Shown: positions 39,422 through 49,191 of the stretch, in pieces
Position numbering within the stretch: the stretch's first letter is position 1
Layout of the letters: each line of letters starts with the position of its first letter
NCBI GenBank assembly: GCA_964530225.1
Contig: CAZHBA010000104.1
Coordinates: 15,178-79,177 of the forward strand
Direction: 5' to 3'
Length of the DNA: 64,000 bases
Source: an uncultured Rhodospirillaceae bacterium
GTDB lineage: Bacteria; Pseudomonadota; Alphaproteobacteria; UBA6615
Made by a program: the position numbers and the translations under genes
Notes under the pieces: generated by a model
The model's database searches: none
The model's input: the letters and a program-made list of their open reading frames with translations, nothing else
Told to the model about the DNA's origin: nothing

Positions 39422-39953
39422 CGTTTTGTAATAATCCCATGAATATACCGTCCACCCACACGCCGTCGCAGAAAAAATGCGAAGGACGGATCGCCTCCTC
39501 GGTAAAGCCGGCGCGCAGAAAAGCTTTCAGGGAGGCAAAGTTCGGCGCGTAGCAGCCAGCGGTCACTTTGGCGAGGCCGAGCGTGCCGAAACCATAGCGG
39601 CATATGGTGCAGATGGCCGAGGTGCCGATCCCAAGGTCTCGCAGGGTGCTATCGCCGACGAGGATGCCGATGTCGCCGCGGTTATGATGGGGATCGACCT
39701 GCAGCTTTATATTGCCGACATGGCGACCACCCTCCAGCAGGCGAATCGCAAACAGATGCTGGTTGGGCGACCGGTCGCAGGCGTCGACGAAGGATCGTAG
39801 ACCTTCGTGCGTCCAATCGGAAAACCTAGCCTCCAAATAACGCAACACCTCGGGGTCCTGCATCCAGTCAAAATAGGGGCCGTCGCAGATCTCGACCGTA
39901 GCCGGATCGAGCCAGATCTTGCCGTCAGATAACGCACTACGTGTCAATTGCAT
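39411..39953 (-). CDS. GNAT-family N-acetyltransferase (PseH/RimL-like)
   Basis: 180 aa with acetyl-CoA-binding motif A (…IGILVGDSTLRDLGIGTSAI…) and …HVGNIKLQ… beta-strands. Immediately upstream of the PseG-GNAT fusion. Confidence 0.65.
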   Translation of the reverse strand: MQLTRSALSDGKIWLDPATVEICDGPYFDWMQDPEVLRYLEARFSDWTHEGLRSFVDACDRSPNQHLFAIRLLEGGRHVGNIKLQVDPHHNRGDIGILVGDSTLRDLGIGTSAICTICRYGFGTLGLAKVTAGCYAPNFASLKAFLRAGFTEEAIRPSHFFCDGVWVDGIFMGLLQNDER

Positions 39954-40033
39954 GTCTCGGTTTCGTCGCGTCCAAAAACTTTCCAGAAGCGATCCACGGC
40001 TGCTCCGTGAACCGCGATATCGGCACTTCGGAT

Positions 40034-41917
40034 TTAGCCCGGCTCGGTCGCCGCAACCCTTGGGCTTTCCTTTATGAGATTACTAATCAGGGCGGTCAGC
40101 GACCAACGGTGTGCATCTCCAAACACTGGAGCAAGGGCCGTTTCACGTTGCGCTTGGCGGCTCGCCCAGTCCGCCAAGATGGCTTCCCTAGGGCGCGATA
40201 GCCAAGTGCGCAGAGCGGCAAAATGATCCGGATCGGTCTGATCAAAATAACTGGCGCACTCACGAAAAACAGGTACCAAGTCGGATCTGAGGCGCAAATT
40301 TGCGCAAGGGGGATCTAGATAAGCAAAGGGTCTACCGCTCCAGTAGACCCAGCTCAAGGTGCTCGTTGCTCCAAGCGTAACCACCGCGAAGTAATCGGAC
40401 AACAAGAACCGCATGTCCCAGCCCATGGTGTCAATCGTTACATTCGGCAAAGACCGGCAGGCCGTCATGGCGGGATCTTCGTCCAAATAAGCCGACTCAG
40501 GATAGGGCTTGAACACGACCGGGTGCGGTAGCGCTTGAAAAACGTCCCGACACAAGCGCACCTCCGTAAGAGAGGCTTGCCGATCGTCGCGATAGCCTGC
40601 ACCTGAAAATATTCCTCCTACTCGGGTATGGCATTGCGGATAAAGGATCGCCCGAGCGCTATGCAGCAAGCTTCGACGTTCACAGGTTCGGCGGAGGTTG
40701 CGAAACGCGCGCGGCAGTCCAGCATGGATTGCGTGGCCGTCGGGGCGGCGAAAAGGCGAAGCGTTAGACAGCTCGGTTCCACGCTGTGTCAGGCACAGCA
40801 AAACAGGCGTGGTTGCGTTTTCATAGTTTACCTCGTTCTGCGGCTTCTCAACCAGTTCGCGTGTGATGGCATGCTGCACACCAACCAGCGGAATTTCCCG
40901 CTCTTGCAAGGTGTCGGCCAGAGCCAAAAAGGCCGCATCCTTTGGGTAGTTCGTCGTTACCAGTACCGGCCGGCGACCCCATCCCGCCAATTGGGGGGAA
41001 TGCAATAACTCACGGGTTTCCCGGTATAATCGCAGCTGATCGTCTATCAGGCGTAAAAGTTCGGCGCGCAAAGGTGCTAGCGCGAAGGCCGGAACGATTT
41101 CACCCAAGGCCTCACCATATCTGCTCCACACCTTAGCCATGATCGGTTCCGACAGAAGTTCGGTTTCATCTCCAGCGGGAAAGTCTGTAAATCTTGGAAG
41201 TTTGAGGCTCCGAGCCTTGTAAAGACGGAAGGCCAGCGCAACACCGATATCGTTCCCCAACTCCGTCCCATTGATGTTGATGTAGTCACCTCTGAAAAGC
41301 CAGTCTGGCAGACGATCGCCGACAATCTCATACAGGCGGCGCGCAAAATGCCCCACTCCCCGAACCTGCAGACGTTTTAGAAGCGGCTCGGTCTGCGAGC
41401 GTAAAGTCATATGTTCCGGGAGCTGCACCGGAATTTTCATGTGGACGGCCTGCGGATTATCTGCCATCAGCATCATCCAGGGATAACCGATGAAGGCCGC
41501 TAATCGGTCCGCTTCCAACGCGACATCGAGGATTAAACGCGGCTCTTCCCCGTCGCAGTCCTGCAAGAAAGCCGCGCACAGTGCCCGCCTCTGGAAGATC
41601 CAGATGGTTTGCAACGCAATCCGGGCGAACGGCGCCATTGCGCGGTCCGCCTCCAGCATCGCCAAACATGCGGACAGCGTTTCACTTGTGGAGGCGCTAA
41701 ATTTTTCCAAGTCCTCCGGTGTGGCCTTACCTCTCGTATCTAAATAGGAAACGGCGGAATTATCGCTAGCAAGCAATGCGGGAGAGCGGGTAAGGACCGT
41801 CACGTCCTTTGGCAACCCCAGACCGTAGGCTTTCTCCAAGGCCGCTTTGCTTGAACAAAAGACAGCCCCTGTCTTGTCCGAGCATAACCTGGCGAAGGAA
41901 TCGGTCGCTGTGGTCAA
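40034..41917 (-). CDS. Large hypothetical protein with TagF / capsule-synthesis (KpsC/KpsS-like) GT-B-type C-terminal region
   Basis: 627 aa. The C-terminal region (…PHPVVFKPYPESAYL…NVTIDT…DMRFLLSDYFAVVTLGATSTLSWVYWSGRPFAYLDPP) resembles the KPHP / SS…F…P part of the CDP-glycerol glycerophosphotransferase and Capsule_synth families. Assignment is tentative. Confidence 0.4.
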   Translation of the reverse strand: MTTATDSFARLCSDKTGAVFCSSKAALEKAYGLGLPKDVTVLTRSPALLASDNSAVSYLDTRGKATPEDLEKFSASTSETLSACLAMLEADRAMAPFARIALQTIWIFQRRALCAAFLQDCDGEEPRLILDVALEADRLAAFIGYPWMMLMADNPQAVHMKIPVQLPEHMTLRSQTEPLLKRLQVRGVGHFARRLYEIVGDRLPDWLFRGDYININGTELGNDIGVALAFRLYKARSLKLPRFTDFPAGDETELLSEPIMAKVWSRYGEALGEIVPAFALAPLRAELLRLIDDQLRLYRETRELLHSPQLAGWGRRPVLVTTNYPKDAAFLALADTLQEREIPLVGVQHAITRELVEKPQNEVNYENATTPVLLCLTQRGTELSNASPFRRPDGHAIHAGLPRAFRNLRRTCERRSLLHSARAILYPQCHTRVGGIFSGAGYRDDRQASLTEVRLCRDVFQALPHPVVFKPYPESAYLDEDPAMTACRSLPNVTIDTMGWDMRFLLSDYFAVVTLGATSTLSWVYWSGRPFAYLDPPCANLRLRSDLVPVFRECASYFDQTDPDHFAALRTWLSRPREAILADWASRQAQRETALAPVFGDAHRWSLTALISNLIKESPRVAATEPG

Positions 41918-42028
41918 GTTCGTAATTCGAAAGTTTGCATTAAGCGGATCATGCGTCAGGCGGCCGATCGTCAGCCATTACAAACAAGTTGACACGCCGG
42001 CATACAGCTTCATCCTCGAGCGTCACGA

Positions 42029-43069
42029 TCAGACCCGCAACAGCGTCTTGTAGGGAAGTACGGTATGGCCCGCGACGGGCGATGCCGCGCTTGTGGTATT
42101 GCCCTTGGCAAGCGCTATCATATTCTCAAACAACGGGACTCCCGCGGCGACCGTCACCGCGGCACTGCCACTGGGCCGCGGATTAATCTCGAGAATACGA
42201 GGATGACCGGCTTGATCGTACATAATGTCGCAATCGTAGAGCCACGACAGGGAAAAGGCGCGGACCAGGTTGGTCCCCAGCTCCTGCAATTCGGGCTCAT
42301 CGACGAAGATATGGCCCTCGTTTGGCAACTGCGAATTTGCCCGCCGTCGTGGCACGACATGCACGGGCTCTCCCTGCCACGCCAGCATGTCGATGTCGAA
42401 TACCGGCTCTGATAGACGCTCCATCGCAATCAGCGGGAACGCGAACTCTGTTTGGCCGGCGCATAACTCCTTGAAGGCCATCTCGCTCAAATGAGTTTCG
42501 CGTCCATTGTATTCATCAGGCAATGAGGCCGTACCTTCCGTGTTGCCGATGACGAACACATCCCGTCCACCGCGGCCGGTCGCGGGCTTTACGACGCAGG
42601 CACCTGCCAACGCCATTACTTCACCAACCGCCGAGACTAAAGCCTGGAGATTCTCTACCTTGCGCCAGAGGGGTACAGGGATACCCTTCTCCGCCAAAAC
42701 CTCATAACAACGCGTCTTGTCGGAAAAAACGTCGAGGGTTGCGTGATCCACACACGCCAGCGTGCAGCCGGCATCGGCGATATCCTCGCGCCTGGCGCTG
42801 AGGCTCAACGCTTCTTCATCCGAACAAGGCACCAACAAATCTACCTTCGTCTGCCTCAGGATGGCCAGAACGGCGTCCGCGTAGCCCGGATCTTTGCCAT
42901 GAGGTATCGTCCAGAATCCATCCGCCAGATAGCGCGAGATATTTCCGTCGCCGGCATCAATCGCCAAAACTCGGGGCGCATGGTTTGGCGATGCCTTTAG
43001 CTGGGTTATGAGGAAGGGAATCATCTCCCCACCCGCCGACGTAAGCATGATCGTGAAGGCCACCGTCAA
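42029..43069 (-). CDS. ATP-grasp domain ligase
   Basis: CPSase-L-chain-like ATP-grasp pattern (…ACVVKPATGRGGRDVFVI…EFAFPLIAMERL…LEINPRPSGSAAV…). 346 aa. Confidence 0.65.
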   Translation of the reverse strand: MTVAFTIMLTSAGGEMIPFLITQLKASPNHAPRVLAIDAGDGNISRYLADGFWTIPHGKDPGYADAVLAILRQTKVDLLVPCSDEEALSLSARREDIADAGCTLACVDHATLDVFSDKTRCYEVLAEKGIPVPLWRKVENLQALVSAVGEVMALAGACVVKPATGRGGRDVFVIGNTEGTASLPDEYNGRETHLSEMAFKELCAGQTEFAFPLIAMERLSEPVFDIDMLAWQGEPVHVVPRRRANSQLPNEGHIFVDEPELQELGTNLVRAFSLSWLYDCDIMYDQAGHPRILEINPRPSGSAAVTVAAGVPLFENMIALAKGNTTSAASPVAGHTVLPYKTLLRV

Positions 43070-44058
43070 TCCTCAATGCTCGACGGCGTTATCGGCTCAT
43101 CGGCTTCAATGTCGACAAGCGCACGCCGTCCGAGAACCGCTTTATACTGATCTGCGGCTATTCCACGGCGATCCGGAAGAGGCCGCTTCACGGCCATGTT
43201 TTCGACGCTCAGTGGCGTTCCAGCAGGAATCGGCTCGTTCGCCACGACGCAACGCAGATAGCGCTCTCGCGCCTGACGCAAATCACCTGTCAGTGGTTTA
43301 CCTGCTACGCCCAATATCAGCTGCGTGCGGCGAATCGAATCGACCATTTGCGCAAACTGTTGCGGGCCCAGCGATATAGGGTGATCGAATCCGGCGCGCG
43401 ACGGGTCCAGTGTGAGGTGCTTTTCGATACACATCGCACCAGCAGCCACGGCCATCGACGCTACATCCGTACCCAGAGAATGGTCGGAAAATCCGCACGG
43501 CACGCCGAACCGTTCCGCCATCCAACCAATGGCCCGCAGGTTTATGCTGTCTTCCGGCACGGGATAGATCGAGGTGCATTGCAGCAGGATAGCGGGGGCC
43601 TGTCCGGCAACGGCTACCAAGGCCGCACCGATCTCGGTTCCATCGGACATGCCCGTGGACAAAATGATCGGGCGACCCGTCGCAGCGGCCTGCTGGATAA
43701 GCGCCGTATGGGTCAGCAGCCCAGAGCTTATCTTATGCGCTACGGGCTCCAACCGGTTGATCCATTCTAGCGTCTCAAAATCGCCAACCGTCGTAAAACA
43801 TGCTATGCCGCACGTGCGCGCATAGGCAAAGACTTCAGCAGTCTGTTCCTGGTTCAGACAGGCTTGCGAAAAGATGGCGTGGCTCTCTGTTCCACGCACA
43901 TAATTCTTGTCGGGATCGATCGTCTGCAGCTTCACTGCATCCGCGCCCGCCGCCATGGCGACATCGATCATACGCACGCAGGTCTCGACGCTACCTTCAT
44001 GGTTGATGCCGATTTCGGCGATAACGAACACCTCCCCAGCAGGCGGCGGAAAAATCAT
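43066..44058 (-). CDS. NeuB-family nonulosonic acid synthase (PseI-like pseudaminic acid synthase)
   Basis: VIAEIGINHEGS motif, …ILSTGMSD…, …LLQCTSIYP…, …GFSDHSLG… and a C-terminal SAF/antifreeze-like domain. 330 aa; ATGA overlap with the ATP-grasp gene. Confidence 0.8.
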   Translation of the reverse strand: MIFPPPAGEVFVIAEIGINHEGSVETCVRMIDVAMAAGADAVKLQTIDPDKNYVRGTESHAIFSQACLNQEQTAEVFAYARTCGIACFTTVGDFETLEWINRLEPVAHKISSGLLTHTALIQQAAATGRPIILSTGMSDGTEIGAALVAVAGQAPAILLQCTSIYPVPEDSINLRAIGWMAERFGVPCGFSDHSLGTDVASMAVAAGAMCIEKHLTLDPSRAGFDHPISLGPQQFAQMVDSIRRTQLILGVAGKPLTGDLRQARERYLRCVVANEPIPAGTPLSVENMAVKRPLPDRRGIAADQYKAVLGRRALVDIEADEPITPSSIED

Positions 44059-44094
44059 GTTGGGTTCCTTGGCAATGACAGCTTACCGGTAATG

Positions 44095-44823
44095 TCAGGC
44101 CAGTGAGGCCCGTACGAGCGAGAAAGCCTCGCCATGGCGAAAGCCATGCGTGGCACCGCGTAACTGCGCCAGGGAAAGCACATTTGCTTGGGAGCGCGGG
44201 TGCGGCGGCGCCCGTAATTCTTTTTCATAAACGCTCAGCGCAGCGACCTTGCGATCAATCTGTGCGTCGATATCGATTACGATGTTGAAGGGAGTGTCGC
44301 TGTCAGAATCGAACCCCCACTCGGTACTGGAGGGGACCTCGAAAGCAAGGATTGCAGCAACGCTCTGGCCCGGCAACGGACGAGCGGCCGTTCGAACTAC
44401 CCGTGCCGCGATCCGGTGATCGACATTGAGGTCGGCAAGACTATGCGTATAGATCAAATTATACTTTTTGGATCCAAGTGCGGTCTCAACAGATTGAACA
44501 ACATCAAGCAAAGGTACGCTGTCCATACGATTGTCCGGGAAGTTCAGGAAGTGCGGTGGCTGGGCCCCCAAAATTTCTGCCGCAACGATGGCGGCTTGCG
44601 ATCTCTCTTCTATATCCGAGGATTTGGTTGCACCGCGAGAAGACAAACCATCGGCCAGGAACAAAATATCGACAGTAGCGCCCGCGTCCGCGTGACGTGC
44701 TATCGTACCGCCGCACCCCAAGACCTCGTCGTCGGGATGGGCGGCCACGACTAGCACCGAGGCTGCATTCAGTAGCATGGCACTCTCCACGTTCGGGCAA
44801 TGACCAGCGGGGGCCGTCGCCAA
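44095..44823 (-). CDS. PIG-L/LmbE-family N-deacetylase
   Basis: VLVVAAHPDDEVLGCGGT zinc-binding signature and downstream HxxH (HSLADLNVDH). 242 aa. Confidence 0.75.
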   Translation of the reverse strand: MATAPAGHCPNVESAMLLNAASVLVVAAHPDDEVLGCGGTIARHADAGATVDILFLADGLSSRGATKSSDIEERSQAAIVAAEILGAQPPHFLNFPDNRMDSVPLLDVVQSVETALGSKKYNLIYTHSLADLNVDHRIAARVVRTAARPLPGQSVAAILAFEVPSSTEWGFDSDSDTPFNIVIDIDAQIDRKVAALSVYEKELRAPPHPRSQANVLSLAQLRGATHGFRHGEAFSLVRASLA

Positions 44824-44833
44824 ATAAACTTCA

Positions 44834-46912
44834 TTATGGCCGAACCTGGAATACCGGGCTGACCAGTTTGCAGTTTAGCCGTTCGCGCAGCGTTCCCGTC
44901 CGCATCGCATCTTTGAGTTCAGGAAGGACGCGCGCATAGGCCGCTTCGATCAGTGCAAGCGCCCCGGCGTCATGGGCATAGCTCATATTGTGACTAGCCG
45001 TCAGAAGTACGCCAAGGTTCATCATCTCTTTCAGGAAAAAAGTCTTGATCTCAGCGGCGCTGAAGCCGTCCTGCCCGGTAAACGAAACTAAGACCCAAGG
45101 ATCGATGCCGTTTAGCTGGATTACCTCTTGTAAATTGTTGTCGCGCACCAGGATATTCACACGATTACGCAGTTTAGCGCCTTGGCTCCACAGATGCTCA
45201 ATCACCGGCTCGTCGCGCATCTTTTTCAAAGTTGCCAACCCCGCCGCCAAAGACAAAGTCTCACCGCCAAACGTCGCCGAAAGAAACACCTCGCGCGCTT
45301 CGGCCATGACATCAGCACGCCCAGCGAGGCAGGACAAAGGATGCCCATTAGCCATGCCCTTGCCGAGGACCGTTAGATCCGGCTGGACGCCGTAATAGGT
45401 TTGCGCGCCGCCTAACGCGGTCCGAAATCCGGTGATCGTTTCGTCGAACACCAAAAGACACCCGTGCTTATCGGCTAGTTGGCGCAAATCAGTAAGGTAG
45501 CGATTTCCGGTGTCATAGTCCGGAACCACCGGCTCCAGCATGACGCACGCCACTTTGCCATCTAGCGTCTTTAGGATGTCCTCGATTTCGCAAAGATCGC
45601 CGGAGGCGACCATGTGGGTCAACTCATGGCTTTGCGGAGGAACGCCACGATTGCGCACCGTCGTTCCAATGTACCAGTCCTGCCAACCGTGATAGCCGGT
45701 GACCAGGACATGATCGCCGCCGGTAAAGGCGCGCGCCACGCGCACCGCCCCCGAGGTTGCGTCCGTGCCGTTTTTTCCAAACCTGACACTCTGCGCCGAG
45801 GGGACGAGCTCGGCGATAAGCTCGGCCAATTCGCACTCCAGTTCGCTAGCCAAACTCAGACTAACGCCAGCCTTCATCTGCTGACGCACCGCCGCGTCAA
45901 CATCCGAATCGCAATAGCCGAGGCTAACGGCAAGGAGCGACATCATCAGATCGACATATTCGTTCCCGTCGATGTCCCAGGCCCGGCACCCCATGCCATG
46001 CGACAGAAACAGCGGCGAACGCCCTTCCGGCAGCACCAGGCGTGACTTACTAAAAGTCTGGCTGGCCAGCGGCACTCTTTGGTCGACCTTGCCTATCGCC
46101 ATGTTCGAGCGATCATAGTTACGTTGTGTTTTAGCCCGAGCCTCCAAATCCTCCAGCAAGGCGGCTGGTATTGCATTTCGCGTCCGACCGATTTTATGCG
46201 TTACACCGGCATCGGACAGCCGGTCCTCTTGCGCGGCCACTTCGAGAAAACTCGGCACGTGGTCGGCTAGGAAACATTCAGCAAGCCGGTCGAGAAACTC
46301 GAGATCCTCTGGCGTATCCAGGGTCCAATGTCTGCCGGCGAGCCCCGGCAAGGGACATTCCAGCGTGCGAATTGAAAAGCGGCTTCGGTTCGCCCGTATC
46401 CACCGGGTCACATGTTCGCGGTGCGACGGCAGATCTGCCTCCGTATCTGCCTGGCGCAAAGTTTCGACCCAGAACGCCTCCACATCCAGCCCATCGGGCC
46501 ACGTCCAAGGAGACGTGTTACAGGCATAATCACAGCCCGCGTTAATCAACAACCAGGCGACCTGATCGATCACGGCCGGATCGAGAAAGGGACAGTCGGC
46601 GGTTAGACGGACAATGACATCGGCGTCCTGTGCCTCCGCCGCACCCAACATCCGATGAAGCACGTCGCTCTCCGAACCGCGATAGCAAGAAATCCCAGCC
46701 TGCTCGCACCAATCGGTGATTGCCCTATCACCATCCTGGATCGACGTCGCAACAACCACATCATCACACAGCCGAGATCTTCGCGCTGCCTGGACCACCC
46801 TTGCCAGCACAGGCTGGCCGCTGATCGGCCGAAGCGCTTTTCCCGGCAGCCGACTAGAGCCCATACGGGCCTGAATTACCGCAATCGTTCGATTTCTCGG
46901 CTGCTGGCTCAT
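44834..46912 (-). CDS. Bifunctional protein: N-terminal SpsF/NeuA-like cytidylyltransferase fused to a class-III (GSA-aminomutase-like) PLP aminotransferase
   Basis: N-terminus IAVIQARMGSSRLPGKAL…VVVATS…VIVRLTADCPF (CTP_transf_3). C-terminal half has an aminotransferase class-III pattern (…GTDATSGAVRVARAFTG…LVFDETITGFR…TVLGKGMANGHPLSCL…, Lys in GKGMA). ATG 46912 chosen: ATGA overlap with the upstream Gfo/Idh/MocA gene, while the ORF-track start 46924 is TTG. Confidence 0.65.
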   Translation of the reverse strand: MSQQPRNRTIAVIQARMGSSRLPGKALRPISGQPVLARVVQAARRSRLCDDVVVATSIQDGDRAITDWCEQAGISCYRGSESDVLHRMLGAAEAQDADVIVRLTADCPFLDPAVIDQVAWLLINAGCDYACNTSPWTWPDGLDVEAFWVETLRQADTEADLPSHREHVTRWIRANRSRFSIRTLECPLPGLAGRHWTLDTPEDLEFLDRLAECFLADHVPSFLEVAAQEDRLSDAGVTHKIGRTRNAIPAALLEDLEARAKTQRNYDRSNMAIGKVDQRVPLASQTFSKSRLVLPEGRSPLFLSHGMGCRAWDIDGNEYVDLMMSLLAVSLGYCDSDVDAAVRQQMKAGVSLSLASELECELAELIAELVPSAQSVRFGKNGTDATSGAVRVARAFTGGDHVLVTGYHGWQDWYIGTTVRNRGVPPQSHELTHMVASGDLCEIEDILKTLDGKVACVMLEPVVPDYDTGNRYLTDLRQLADKHGCLLVFDETITGFRTALGGAQTYYGVQPDLTVLGKGMANGHPLSCLAGRADVMAEAREVFLSATFGGETLSLAAGLATLKKMRDEPVIEHLWSQGAKLRNRVNILVRDNNLQEVIQLNGIDPWVLVSFTGQDGFSAAEIKTFFLKEMMNLGVLLTASHNMSYAHDAGALALIEAAYARVLPELKDAMRTGTLRERLNCKLVSPVFQVRP

Positions 46913-47895
46913 CCACTCACCCAAAACCCGCTCAGCGCACGCGCATCTGTAGCCTGGCGCAGCGCGTTGAGGGCTTCCCTGCCGTCACAGGGTGGATTAT
47001 CGCCACCCCGAACGGCGTCGACGAACTGCGTCAGCACGGCCTGGTATTCCTTGTTCGGTTCGAAGGCGTAGCGAGTCTCGGACTGCGGACTTCCAGTCGC
47101 ATCGAAACGCTGGAGATATCCTTGCCGTAGATCCGCAACGATAGCCCCAACCTCGCCAGACACCTCCAGGTATCGACGGCGAACGCGCGACCCAAAATCC
47201 AGATGCAGCGATGAAATACACCCGGCCGCATGCTGTAGAATAACTTCCGCCATGTCTTCTGTTTGAAGCTCCATCACGCCAGTCTTACGCAACACCGCGG
47301 ACACGGCCTCGGCGGGCCCAAGCAAATGGTTGGCAAGATCAATCTCGTGAATCACATCGAGAACCACACCTCCGCCGACGACGTCGTTGGCGTATCCTGT
47401 CCGGTAGTCGCGATCCGCACGCCAATCCGGGAGCCAAGATGCGCTGACAAAACGCGCCCAACGGGGTGGTCCGAGTGCTGCTATCTCGGCGGGCAGCGCC
47501 GCGACAATTTCGCGTTGGCGCAAATTGAAGACGCCGCCAACCTGTAAATGTTGTTTGGTGGCCTGATCCAGAAGGGCCCCCACCGCACCGGGGTCGTGGC
47601 CAATGGGTTTCTCGACCAAGGTCGGAACATCGGCCGACAGACTCAAAGCGAGATCGGCCTGATGCTGGCCGGTGGGTGAAGCCACCAGCGCGATGTCGGC
47701 ATTCTCCAACGCGTCCTGCGCCGTGTTAGCCAATGCCAAGCCCAGACCAGCGGCCTGCTCTCGCGCTACATCGCCCGGGTCATAGCCGACAACAGAAAGA
47801 TCCAGAGCATTAGCGTTTTTGGCATGACGCGACCCTATCGAACCCAAGCCGAGAATGGCGATGCGTTCGACCTTTCTCGGCGGAAACTCGCTCAC
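46909..47895 (-). CDS. Gfo/Idh/MocA-family NAD(P)-dependent oxidoreductase
   Basis: N-terminal Rossmann IAILGLGSIGSRHAKN and …LVEKPIG… motif. 328 aa. Confidence 0.7.
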   Translation of the reverse strand: MSEFPPRKVERIAILGLGSIGSRHAKNANALDLSVVGYDPGDVAREQAAGLGLALANTAQDALENADIALVASPTGQHQADLALSLSADVPTLVEKPIGHDPGAVGALLDQATKQHLQVGGVFNLRQREIVAALPAEIAALGPPRWARFVSASWLPDWRADRDYRTGYANDVVGGGVVLDVIHEIDLANHLLGPAEAVSAVLRKTGVMELQTEDMAEVILQHAAGCISSLHLDFGSRVRRRYLEVSGEVGAIVADLRQGYLQRFDATGSPQSETRYAFEPNKEYQAVLTQFVDAVRGGDNPPCDGREALNALRQATDARALSGFWVSG

Positions 47896-49133
47896 GCGGC
47901 CGTCTCACCAAGTACTTGGACGAGGGCGGCGATCACCCGCTCGATGTCCTCGGCCTGCATGTCCACGAATATCGGCAGCGACAGGACGCGGCAGAAATAG
48001 CTATCGCCACCAGGCAAGTCGGACAGGCCATATCGCTCAACATAATAAGGTTGCCGGTGGACTGGAATATAATGGACCTGGGTGCCAATCCCAGCGTCCC
48101 GCAATGCCGTCATGATCTGTCCCCGTATGGGCGCGAACTCCGGCGTCAGCAGGATCGGATAAAGATGGTAAGAGGGACGGCAGTCGTCGCTCCAACTTAT
48201 CGGCTGAGCGTAAGATTCCAGCGCGCCCATATGCGCGTCATAGGAAGCAGCAAGTGCTCTTCGCTGCTCGATAAATTGGTCCAACCGAGCTAGCTGGCTC
48301 GTGCCCAGCGCACATTGCAGGTCGGTCAGGCGATAGTTGAAACCGATCTCCGACATTTGATAGGCGCCAGCATAGCCTGCACCCAGCCCCAGACCAGCGA
48401 GAAAATCGGGCGCCGACGCACCTTCCTCCCGAACCAAACCATGGTTTCGCAGCCGACGAATGCGTTTCGCAAGGAAACTATCGCGGAGCGCGACCGCCCC
48501 GCCCTCGCCTGTGGCGATCGACTTGACGGGATGAAAAGAAAAACACGCCGCGAGGCTTTCCGTACAGGCTCCGACGGTGACCCAGTCTGACAGCTCAGCG
48601 GCGTAATACTCCGCACCCAACGCGTGGCAGGCGTCTTCGACGATCGTCATTTCAGCCGCACGCGCCACCGGCGCCACGGTGGTCAAATCGACGGTTTGCC
48701 CGTTGAGGTGCACCGGCAGAACCACCGTCGGCCGCAAACCTGGGAAGCGTCGAGGGAGCGTCTCGATACAGGCGGCGAGGTCTTGCTCGCGCATCAGACC
48801 CGTTTTGGGGTCCACATCGCAGAATGCTACCTCGGCGCCGGTCATGCGAACGGCGTTCGCCGTCGCCACAAAGGTCATGGCCGGCACGATCGCCACAGTT
48901 TCTGGACCCAGACCCGCCGCCATAGTGGCCAGATGGAGCGCTGCGGTCCCCGAACCGCAGACGATTATTTCGGCGCCCCCCAACCGCTCGGAAAGCGCCG
49001 CCTCGAAAGCCTCGACCCTAGGGCCTTGGGTCAACCAGTCGGATCGCAGGCAATCTGTAACCGCAGCGATGTCCTCTTCGCTAATCTGTTGGCGGCCGTA
49101 TGAAAGAAACGGTGGTTTTCCGGAGTCCGACAT
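47892..49133 (-). CDS. pseC: DegT/DnrJ/EryC1-family PLP aminotransferase (PseC-like UDP-4-amino-4,6-dideoxy-N-acetyl-beta-L-altrosamine transaminase)
   Basis: …SGTAALHLA…, …FSFHPVKSIATGEGGAVAL… (PLP Lys in HPVKS) and …DWLTQGPRV…. 413 aa, immediately downstream of pseB. Confidence 0.8.
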   Translation of the reverse strand: MSDSGKPPFLSYGRQQISEEDIAAVTDCLRSDWLTQGPRVEAFEAALSERLGGAEIIVCGSGTAALHLATMAAGLGPETVAIVPAMTFVATANAVRMTGAEVAFCDVDPKTGLMREQDLAACIETLPRRFPGLRPTVVLPVHLNGQTVDLTTVAPVARAAEMTIVEDACHALGAEYYAAELSDWVTVGACTESLAACFSFHPVKSIATGEGGAVALRDSFLAKRIRRLRNHGLVREEGASAPDFLAGLGLGAGYAGAYQMSEIGFNYRLTDLQCALGTSQLARLDQFIEQRRALAASYDAHMGALESYAQPISWSDDCRPSYHLYPILLTPEFAPIRGQIMTALRDAGIGTQVHYIPVHRQPYYVERYGLSDLPGGDSYFCRVLSLPIFVDMQAEDIERVIAALVQVLGETAA

Positions 49134-49191
49134 TAATTCGTTAGCCAGCTATTCGGCGCCGATGGGCAGGCGTGCGCAAACTGCGCTGCTG

